This document shows, in pieces, positions 26,723-35,637 of a DNA stretch of 37,355 bases. Under the pieces are notes generated by a model. It saw only the letters and a program-made list of their open reading frames with translations. It did no database searches and was not told the origin of the DNA. Position 1 is the first letter of the stretch, and each line of letters begins with the position of its first letter. The translations under genes and the position numbers were made by a program. Source of the DNA: a virus. The stretch is from IMG/VR virus record IMGVR_UViG_3300028829_002503. One strand, written 5' to 3'.

Positions 26723-29700
26723 TTATAGAAGATTCTCTAAATTTTTGTCGTTATTTCTAACTAATTGCATAGGAGTTTCAAGTACATACACTGTGTCATT
26801 ATTAGAAAAATTGTATCCTAAACCACTATAAAGCATTCTATCACTAATATTCAAGGTCGTAGTATCTTTGTTATCATACATCATAAATTCGATGTTATTA
26901 GTGCCTGCTTTCTGAACTGCTATTAGTTTTCGGTTATCAGTAGATGCACTATCATCAAATTTTGCAGAAGTATTCACTACTATGGTGTCTCCGGTGAATG
27001 ATGAAATAGTGTCTGAACTACTAACTGCAATGCTGTAACCTCTACCATATACATCATACACATAAAATTCTGTTTTGTCAAGGTGTAATGTCGATAAATC
27101 TGCACCTTCTACATTCGAATCTGCTCCACCAACAGTATCCGTATAATTTTGTAATACTAATACTGCCGATTCCAATGTTCGTGCGTCAACTTGTCCCGAA
27201 TCGAATCCTACTGTTGATTGAGTAGGATAGAACCTATCTCCTATTTCAAGTGCTTTTCCTGTACCTGTTCCGACTCCATTTGCAACGAACTGAGTACCAA
27301 TATTATTATCAGCCGAGCCAATTAACGTGAAATCTGTTGTTCCGACTAACTGTATTTGGTACTGAGTTCCAATTTCGAAGAAACCCGCTTCAAATGTTTT
27401 GCCTGATTTTGGTATTAATGAGCCTTGCTCATATACGCCATCATCAATATTAGCGGACGCATTACCATCATATAACGCCAAATCATATCTACTGCCGTTA
27501 CCAATATCTATTGTGATATTCATATTTTCACTAATAGTTGTGGTTGCGTCAACTGTGTCTTCTGTTGCTCTTGTTCGGGAAATTTCTCTTATCTTAACAT
27601 GATATGGTTTTGATTCTTTAATATAATCTAACACATCCTGTTCACTATCTCTTTGATATACCGCATATTGTTTTAAATCTCTGTTGTATAAATTTAAATC
27701 TATGTAACTTGTCTTAAACAACCATTCAGGATATGTTTTCTCTGTATATAAGTATTGAACCATACCAAAGAATATGTCATTAATAAATTTGGTATCTGGG
27801 TAATCTTGTATTAGATTCATTAATTCATGAATCTGGACTCCTACTGCATTGGCATAATATCCATTAAATGATTCTTCTGGAAACACAAGATTAGTTAGTG
27901 ATATGTTTAATGCACTTTTACTTCTGTTTACCAATTGTAAGATATCTAAGTGTTCAAAATAATATTCATCATGTGTTGGTAATTTTAATTTAAATGATTT
28001 TATTCCTTTGTTGTACTCTGCAATCATATCGAAGTTTCTAGTTGTTGAGAGATAAGAAAATACATCTATACTCTTAAACTTTTTATCTATATACCAATCA
28101 CCCAAACTAAAGATAATATCACTAGTATCTACATATTGTTCATAGTTGGTGTATAATGCAGTTAGCATCTTATTGCCCATATGTTCATTTATAATTGAAG
28201 TGAAGTTATTTCTTGCTTTTTCAGTATCCGAGAACCAATTATCTTCCTTGTATCCTAACTTGTACACTCGTAAAACATCACCTTCTGCTAGATTAGTACT
28301 ACCGATGCGAGATATTTGTAAGTCTGAACCGACAATACTTAAATCGCTGGCTCTTACTGTCATACTATCAATAGTTACTACCAAGTTATCATCTATAATT
28401 AAATCTGTAATCCAAGAAATTGGAATTAGTGCATATTGTGGATTACTTAATTGAGAACTCGTAAGTCTTCCTGTGTATGTTTCTTTTATAGTAGTTCCTG
28501 CCAATGATTCAATCATGTCAGTTAAGAACCTCTTAGGAACAGAATAATCAGAAGATTTAGATAACAATTCCCAATCAGAATTTGTAGTGCGAACTTCTTC
28601 GTCTTGCTGATATTCGAATGTTGTACTAATAGTAGAATTATCATAAGTTGTTGCATTGTTACTTATAATAACTTTTTTCGTTCCAACTGGTAAGAATTTA
28701 TTCTTAGGTCCTTCAGAATTTATCAACATTGCAATTTCTTTACAATCGTCATCATCTGGAGACCAGAAGAAATACTCAGTCACTTCTTTGCCTGCTACAA
28801 CATCATAGTATGTCTTCGTATTATATGATTCTACTAGAGTTGGTATTGTTCTGGATTTTGTCCATTTACTTACTACCACATTCGAGTTTGCAACTAACTT
28901 GCCCCAATATTTTTTAGCATAGTCAGTGTTTATGTTTCCGTTCGAATCGCCATAGTCGTTATATCTATAAAATCTGGCTAAGTCAGTGTCCCACCATATC
29001 TTGCCAAGTTTTTCATCTAACCAAATATCAGAACTGCCTGATACGTCATATTTTGCTGGGTCATTCCATGCAACATATTCTAGTTTAGAAGTAATTGCGC
29101 CTGGCATTTTCAAGTTCAATGGGTCATATAGTGAATGATTAGTAAAGTTTTCTCCATCTTTAACAATTATTCTTTTAACAAAATCAGTATTAATTGTGGC
29201 CGCTTGTCTGGCATATATTGAATATGCACCATTTTTGAAATTGAGGACTGCCCAACCATTTGCATCATAATCGTCTACCCACAATTTACTTTCACTATTC
29301 AATCCTAAAGTAGTTGCAAAATTAGAGAACGTAGCGCCATTAAAGTTCGGCGTATATCTCAATGATTTCCAAATCATTGCTTTGAAGTTTGCACTACTTG
29401 TTACGTTTGAGTATTCTAATCGAAGTCCTATTCTTGTTAATATAGTGTCAGATGTTCCTGAGAATGTCATACTAACATTATCGTTTGTGAATATCATTCT
29501 TCCGTCACTTGAAACTGATACAACCACGTCTGTGGCAGCCGTAATTTGTGATGCAAAATCAACTGCACTAGAACTTAATACTGATGTGTTTGTAAATGTG
29601 CCTGATGAAATTCCTATATCAGAAAGTGGATTGCCTGATATATTAGAAGTAACTATACTACTTTCTGAACTTGTAATTAATACTTGTCTGTCAGATTTAG

Positions 29701-32700
29701 ATGCTGTAGTTGTCACACCTTGAAATACTTGTGTGTTCAAGTCAGATATTATTGTGTCTGTGGCATCTATAGAAACTGTAGTGGTTGCATAACCTAATCT
29801 ACTCATAGCACCTGCGGTTACTTCAACTATATCTAAATTATGATTTGTGCTTGTGACTTTAATTGTGCCAGTAACAACGGAAGCAGTTACACCTAAAATG
29901 TTTAATGCGTTTATCTGTTCTACAACACTTGTTTGTGTTGGGTCATCGTTTGCATTATAAGTTCCAGGAGTAATACCCAATTCTGGCAATGCTGTTCCAG
30001 ATATAACCATAGAGGACCCAGAACTAGCAATAGTCATATTTGTTGCAACTGAACAAGTAATATTAGATATTGTATTAATCTCTGTTGCTAGATTTTGTAA
30101 TTTAGATTCTTCATATAAATTTGTTGTTGAAAGTCCTAAGTCTATTAGAACACCGCCGTTTAATACCATCTTAGAGAGTGATGTTGTGAGGACTAAATTG
30201 TTTCCAACATTCGATGCGATTACTTTTGTAGTGCTACCGTTAATAGCATCTACTATCGCAGTCAAGTCATCACCATTTGTTAATGTAATTGTATCACCAT
30301 TGATTACTAATGGCTTAGTTGCTGTCATAACAGGAGAAGAAACTGTTCCAGTAACTTCTAAGTCTGCTACTGCCTTTGTTACACCATCGATAGTAACTGT
30401 GTTGCCAGTTGTTAACAGAGAATTCTCTGTGGCACTTGATGTTAATGATATACTTTGTGAACCACTGTAATCAACAGTCAATGTTGTTCCGTCAATTGTT
30501 ACTTGGTCTCCTACTGTTGGAGTAAACGACCCCGTTGTCTTTGCAACAGTTCCTGAAAATGTTACTGTTGTGTTTGTGTTATTTGCCACTAATCCACTAT
30601 TATTGTAGATAACAAAACTTGCTTGTTCTCCCTCAGATACCACTGGGTTTGCAACTGTACCGAGTATTGATATACCAGATGCTGACGCAGATGATGGAAC
30701 ATAACTTACATTTGCACCATCTATGTATATTGTATCACCTGATGTGAAGACAGGATTACTCACGGAACCAATTGCTTCTACACCAGAGTCAGTGTTTGTT
30801 GGAACAAATACACTATTTGTTGTCTCTGAATCTATCTCAACGATTAGTGGTTCGAAATCTTCTTCGAATACTAGATATTCATATATTGTATTTCCATCTA
30901 CTGTCTTTGTGCCATTTGCAGAAAGTAAATAATATCCAGCAATGTTTGGGTCTACATTATCACTAGAAATTTTTATGTATATGGCTTTATTAGTATAAGA
31001 TGTTGATATTTCAGTTACCATTCCAATATATAATTGGTTATCAGATGTTTCGCCTATATAACTTATTTCAGAAACTTCACTAAGTCTCATCACATCCCAA
31101 TCTCTATCAGTGTCAAACTGTACCCATGCAGTATCTCCTTCATACAACTTCGATGATGCTAAGTCTGTTAGTCCAGCATGAGTATCAGTAACGTAGTTTA
31201 CATCAGACTCGTCTACATAGCCAGTTGTTCTCAATGCTACACTATTCTTTTCAGTACTAGTAATAAGTGGTTTATTTGTATCATATTCTATTAAGAATGG
31301 GTCACTAATCATATCATTGACTGTTATATCTTTCGTCATCGTAAGATTAGAAGGACCTCTTCCATAGTCACTTAACTTAATTGCCCAAATATCATTGTGA
31401 GTTATATTCTTAAAGTTTCCATTGTTGTTGATAATCTTATCAATACTTGAAACTGTTCCTTTGTGTGATAAGAAGCCTTTATAAAATTCTAACTGTGACT
31501 CCCTTTCAACTCCATGATTTGATAGATATGGTCTTGTTGTGTATCCGTAATGGTTAGATTTTAATTTATTAACCATTGAAATGCCTTGGTCAACTACTGT
31601 GTTTCTATAATGACGTGTTTCCTCAATCATTGTATCAAAATTTGGTATTAACTCGTTGTTACTAACAATATAACCATCAATTGTCATAGTGCCGTCCCAA
31701 TCAACAGTTCGGTTACAATCAATTTGCATTCTAAGATTTCTAGTATGCGTGTGTGGGTCATATATTATATCATCGTAACTGTCAACTCTATCAACAACAA
31801 ATGCATGTTCTATATCTCTGATATCTACTTTCATTCCATAAATGGGAACAGTACTAGTAAATGATATTTTGGTGCCATCTGTGTGTATTGTAAGTTCAGT
31901 TTTTGGAATAACTCTACCTGACGCATCTATAACTCGGTAAAAGTTTTTAAAGGTTTCACTAGTGATACTCGCAACACCGTTAGTTGAATTAAAACTTCCG
32001 CCAGTTAGCAATGGAGTAAGAGTAATAAAATCTCCAATATCGTGGCTTTCAGTTTGCCATTCTAAGAATTTATATAATAAGTTTTCCCAATCAATTACTT
32101 CACCAAATTCATCTGTGTCTGTGAATTCCCATCCTAATAGTTTTAGATAGTGTTCGTAGCCAATTATCAAATGTGCAACATCGTCTACTGTCTCTAATAT
32201 ATCACCATAGTTGTAATTTTTTATCGTATCATCTACTAATTTGTTGTAACCCTTTGCTAATGTTTTGTTTGTTGTTGGCCATTCTGTCAATGCTTTCCAT
32301 TTTTTGATATCATCATCAAAAATAGTAGTTGAAGTGTGTGCATCTAAGCAAATATATGGAACATCATTGTATAATATATACGTGTCTGTTCTGTAATATT
32401 CTCCCGATTGCCAATGGGTTAATGTAAGTTTGTCTCCTGCAGTCGTAAATGCTTTCTCTCCACTTGCTTTGTCCCATCCCATAGAATAGAATGTTGGATT
32501 TATTTCATCATATCCATGAACTTTAAATCCAAACTTATTAGTCTTTGGTTGTGATATTTGTGTCCAACTTGCATAGTCAAAGTTTATTGTTGCTCCAGAT
32601 TCTTTTGTAGATACTCCGTCTATTTTTCTTTTGTAGTATTTTCCGTCTCCAGTATTTAAAACAACTAGACCTTTGTAGTATGTTGCTACATCTGAAAGTG

Positions 32701-35635
32701 AATATACCGGATGTGCTAAGTCAAGTGACACTTTTTCTAATACGATAGCACTGAAGAACTCACTTCTATTTGGCACACCTGCGTGAACTACTAAGTCAAA
32801 GTTATCAGAAGGTAGTTCTGTAAATCTACTATTCGCTAATGAATTGTTTTCTGATTGTAATTTAAAGTTGTTAACAAAGCCACCCAGTTTTGAACCTAAT
32901 TTAAATGTATAGTCGGGTTTTAAAGCAACAACTTCGGCAGTATTAATGCCCTCATTATTGTTAGAGTAAGAAATAATATTTTGTATTTGTGTGCTATAGT
33001 CGTAAATAATTTTAAATGGATTTGACAACATCATCAACATAAATTCGGCAAAAGGAAATTCACTACTTCTTGTCCATGCTAATTCTATAGGAGAGTTGTC
33101 TCCAAATTCCCATGATTGTTTCATCAACTCTATTTCTTCATTAGAAAAAGAAACTGAACCGAAGAATAATTCACTAGGCGTTTTTAAGTTTCCTGAACCA
33201 TCAACTGGAATCGGGCAAGTTAAACTGTTTGCGTTTATTAATGTTGACCAAAAAGATGTCAGCGTGTAATCTGAACCGTAGAATGTATCAAAGTTTGCTG
33301 GTTTTTGTGATAGTTTTATTGCTTTCCAAGGTTCTTGTAATGGTCTGTCTGTTCCATATGCATGTAACAACTGTCCTCTCCAGTAACCTGATACTGTTTC
33401 ATTTTTTGCTCTATAGTTCCACGTTTTAAGTTCAGTAGAATCAAATGAATCATTATCTAGGCTGTCAATATCATTTCGCATTAACCATTTCTTAAAAAAT
33501 GGATACATGATAAATTTCTTTTCAGAGTTTGAATAATCAGTATAAGATGTACCATATAAACCATAGTTCATGCTATCAATATCAGAACGTGTATTATCAG
33601 ATAGATTATTAAATACCAAAGTTTCAAAAGCAAGAATAATATTATCCGTTCTTGTATTATATTTTGGTATTAATGACCCATCGTGTCCTTGAATGAAAGA
33701 AACAGAAGGACTATATCCACTATCTGTTATGAATGTTGGTTCATACGCTGGCGCAATCTTCAGTGAAGTTGCACTTGGTGGAATATAAGTTTCTTTTATA
33801 TTAGTATAATGTCTTACAGTTAAGGTGTCTCCGGAAGATAATGCTGATGTAAAGTTTATCTCTGTTGCGCCAGATGATAAAGTGTAATCTATATTTAATC
33901 GCTGAATAATATCATTTAAAATTACAACTACATCTTTATCATTTGTTATCGAGTCTGTAAATGACGGCATAACCTGTTCAGTTGCATTTGCTATGACCGT
34001 AGCATCTAGTGTTTGGTAATGAGAAAACTTCTCGCCAAAGTTCAACATAGTGCTGTCTTTAAAAATACTAACACTTGATTGTTTTCCTAGTGCAATAATT
34101 CCTATCGCTTCTTCTAAAATTTCTAAATCAGTTTTTGTTGTACTTGCACTTGATTCTAAGATAGTAAGAATTGTTGTTATTAGTTTGTTTTTATAGCCAT
34201 TATATGCACCAGATAAGAACTCTGTTCCTTTTATAGGGTTATAGTCTTCTCTTGTTAGTGCAAAATATGCCTCTTTGATATCCACGGTATTTCGAATAAG
34301 AATGCTACCTTGATTTGCAAATCTTAACTTGTCTGTATTTGTGCCTGATGTTCTATAGTTATTGTTCGCTATTGGACTTCCAGTTAATCCAGTAACAGTC
34401 TCAATTATTCTAACGAAATGTTCAAAAACAACAGAGTACGTTATCTCTGTGTTATAGTATGTTTTATTATCTATGTTGTATTCTACTGATGGGTCAATAC
34501 GCTGAAAGACTTCTTGTCCATCATATATAACTGATGTATCAGTACAGTAGTCTACATATATGTTACCACTAACTTCTTCAGTCATAGTTATTGTGTCATC
34601 TGCACTATCATATGTGTAGTTTTCTATTTGTTTCTGTCCGTCAACATATAAATCTATTGTATTAGAATTCTTTGGTGTCTGTAAAAGTTCAATCTTAGAA
34701 ACAGAAATCTTATCACCAATCTCTTGTCTGAAGTTTCGATAATCAAATATAGTAGTTGTATACAATGGTTTATAAGCAGTACTAAGTTTGTATGTTGATG
34801 TTTCTGGTAAATCTATATTAAATACATACTCACTATTATAGTCACCCGCTTTCTCTTTTGGTCGCATGCCCAACTCAGTATCATTTGGGTAAATACTTCC
34901 TGTTACATAGTGAAATATTTTTATGTCATCAAGTGAAGTTGTTCCAGTAGAATCGTATGATTTAAACTCAGGAACAGTAAATGATGATGCTACTGTTGTT
35001 GCCGCACTCGTATCACTTAATTCAATATTTTTATCGAATTCAATAATAGGTCTTAGTGCTTGAGATATTAAAGTAAAATTAGAATCTGTAATTAAGGATT
35101 TGATATCATCATAGTGATACCAAGAGTTATTAGTTTTCCAGAAGTCTGTAGGAACTGGAGTATCTGTTGATAATTTTTTATCAATTGTTACATAATGCTT
35201 TTTTGTTGAACCTGTTATCGAAGAATCAAAACCAGGAGATACCCAGTAATACATACTGTAGTTTACAAATTTATCTAAGTCAATTGGCAATTGAACTGTT
35301 TCTTTTGTACTTTTAAATAATCGTCTATGGTCGTTTGTTAACGCACCTTTATTGTATAACGAATTCAGTAAGTCATCATAAAATATATTATCAGATGCAT
35401 CTACATTTGTGAAAGTTGGTTCTAATCCGTAATTATCTCTTGTATATGCTGTCGCTGGAAACGTAAGATAAGAGTCTTTACTATTGTATATTCCCTTTTC
35501 TTTTCTGCCGACAAATGCTTTTGTTTTCTCCATTTTACCGGTAGAAAACACACGTTCAAGTGTCGTTTCAAATATTGTTTCTAACTCACTATTCTTTAGA
35601 TAATCTGGAAGAAAGTCATAAATCTTCTTTGCCAT
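26723..35635 (-). CDS. Giant virion structural protein (baseplate/tail-associated, 2970 aa)
   Basis: Follows a gp6-like gene. Contains small beta modules (e.g. VILND...DYTL...INFTSALSSGDTLTV), a CBM5/12-like motif, a Ser/Thr-rich repeat region and YIKESKPYHVKIR near the C-terminus. Confidence 0.75.
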   Translation of the reverse strand: MAKKIYDFLPDYLKNSELETIFETTLERVFSTGKMEKTKAFVGRKEKGIYNSKDSYLTFPATAYTRDNYGLEPTFTNVDASDNIFYDDLLNSLYNKGALTNDHRRLFKSTKETVQLPIDLDKFVNYSMYYWVSPGFDSSITGSTKKHYVTIDKKLSTDTPVPTDFWKTNNSWYHYDDIKSLITDSNFTLISQALRPIIEFDKNIELSDTSAATTVASSFTVPEFKSYDSTGTTSLDDIKIFHYVTGSIYPNDTELGMRPKEKAGDYNSEYVFNIDLPETSTYKLSTAYKPLYTTTIFDYRNFRQEIGDKISVSKIELLQTPKNSNTIDLYVDGQKQIENYTYDSADDTITMTEEVSGNIYVDYCTDTSVIYDGQEVFQRIDPSVEYNIDNKTYYNTEITYSVVFEHFVRIIETVTGLTGSPIANNNYRTSGTNTDKLRFANQGSILIRNTVDIKEAYFALTREDYNPIKGTEFLSGAYNGYKNKLITTILTILESSASTTKTDLEILEEAIGIIALGKQSSVSIFKDSTMLNFGEKFSHYQTLDATVIANATEQVMPSFTDSITNDKDVVVILNDIIQRLNIDYTLSSGATEINFTSALSSGDTLTVRHYTNIKETYIPPSATSLKIAPAYEPTFITDSGYSPSVSFIQGHDGSLIPKYNTRTDNIILAFETLVFNNLSDNTRSDIDSMNYGLYGTSYTDYSNSEKKFIMYPFFKKWLMRNDIDSLDNDSFDSTELKTWNYRAKNETVSGYWRGQLLHAYGTDRPLQEPWKAIKLSQKPANFDTFYGSDYTLTSFWSTLINANSLTCPIPVDGSGNLKTPSELFFGSVSFSNEEIELMKQSWEFGDNSPIELAWTRSSEFPFAEFMLMMLSNPFKIIYDYSTQIQNIISYSNNNEGINTAEVVALKPDYTFKLGSKLGGFVNNFKLQSENNSLANSRFTELPSDNFDLVVHAGVPNRSEFFSAIVLEKVSLDLAHPVYSLSDVATYYKGLVVLNTGDGKYYKRKIDGVSTKESGATINFDYASWTQISQPKTNKFGFKVHGYDEINPTFYSMGWDKASGEKAFTTAGDKLTLTHWQSGEYYRTDTYILYNDVPYICLDAHTSTTIFDDDIKKWKALTEWPTTNKTLAKGYNKLVDDTIKNYNYGDILETVDDVAHLIIGYEHYLKLLGWEFTDTDEFGEVIDWENLLYKFLEWQTESHDIGDFITLTPLLTGGSFNSTNGVASITSETFKNFYRVIDASGRVIPKTELTIHTDGTKISFTSTVPIYGMKVDIRDIEHAFVVDRVDSYDDIIYDPHTHTRNLRMQIDCNRTVDWDGTMTIDGYIVSNNELIPNFDTMIEETRHYRNTVVDQGISMVNKLKSNHYGYTTRPYLSNHGVERESQLEFYKGFLSHKGTVSSIDKIINNNGNFKNITHNDIWAIKLSDYGRGPSNLTMTKDITVNDMISDPFLIEYDTNKPLITSTEKNSVALRTTGYVDESDVNYVTDTHAGLTDLASSKLYEGDTAWVQFDTDRDWDVMRLSEVSEISYIGETSDNQLYIGMVTEISTSYTNKAIYIKISSDNVDPNIAGYYLLSANGTKTVDGNTIYEYLVFEEDFEPLIVEIDSETTNSVFVPTNTDSGVEAIGSVSNPVFTSGDTIYIDGANVSYVPSSASASGISILGTVANPVVSEGEQASFVIYNNSGLVANNTNTTVTFSGTVAKTTGSFTPTVGDQVTIDGTTLTVDYSGSQSISLTSSATENSLLTTGNTVTIDGVTKAVADLEVTGTVSSPVMTATKPLVINGDTITLTNGDDLTAIVDAINGSTTKVIASNVGNNLVLTTSLSKMVLNGGVLIDLGLSTTNLYEESKLQNLATEINTISNITCSVATNMTIASSGSSMVISGTALPELGITPGTYNANDDPTQTSVVEQINALNILGVTASVVTGTIKVTSTNHNLDIVEVTAGAMSRLGYATTTVSIDATDTIISDLNTQVFQGVTTTASKSDRQVLITSSESSIVTSNISGNPLSDIGISSGTFTNTSVLSSSAVDFASQITAATDVVVSVSSDGRMIFTNDNVSMTFSGTSDTILTRIGLRLEYSNVTSSANFKAMIWKSLRYTPNFNGATFSNFATTLGLNSESKLWVDDYDANGWAVLNFKNGAYSIYARQAATINTDFVKRIIVKDGENFTNHSLYDPLNLKMPGAITSKLEYVAWNDPAKYDVSGSSDIWLDEKLGKIWWDTDLARFYRYNDYGDSNGNINTDYAKKYWGKLVANSNVVVSKWTKSRTIPTLVESYNTKTYYDVVAGKEVTEYFFWSPDDDDCKEIAMLINSEGPKNKFLPVGTKKVIISNNATTYDNSTISTTFEYQQDEEVRTTNSDWELLSKSSDYSVPKRFLTDMIESLAGTTIKETYTGRLTSSQLSNPQYALIPISWITDLIIDDNLVVTIDSMTVRASDLSIVGSDLQISRIGSTNLAEGDVLRVYKLGYKEDNWFSDTEKARNNFTSIINEHMGNKMLTALYTNYEQYVDTSDIIFSLGDWYIDKKFKSIDVFSYLSTTRNFDMIAEYNKGIKSFKLKLPTHDEYYFEHLDILQLVNRSKSALNISLTNLVFPEESFNGYYANAVGVQIHELMNLIQDYPDTKFINDIFFGMVQYLYTEKTYPEWLFKTSYIDLNLYNRDLKQYAVYQRDSEQDVLDYIKESKPYHVKIREISRTRATEDTVDATTTISENMNITIDIGNGSRYDLALYDGNASANIDDGVYEQGSLIPKSGKTFEAGFFEIGTQYQIQLVGTTDFTLIGSADNNIGTQFVANGVGTGTGKALEIGDRFYPTQSTVGFDSGQVDARTLESAVLVLQNYTDTVGGADSNVEGADLSTLHLDKTEFYVYDVYGRGYSIAVSSSDTISSFTGDTIVVNTSAKFDDSASTDNRKLIAVQKAGTNNIEFMMYDNKDTTTLNISDRMLYSGLGYNFSNNDTVYVLETPMQLVRNNDKNLENLL
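29423..30785 (-). repeat. Protein-level repeat region: five 'A' half-repeats followed by five 'B' half-repeats
   Basis: A: (G)xVxxPxxxxGDxxxIDG-like, five copies. B: amphipathic helix ending IN/LN/IT ... LxxLG(L/I/Y), five copies. Confidence 0.65.
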
Positions 35636-35637
35636 GT

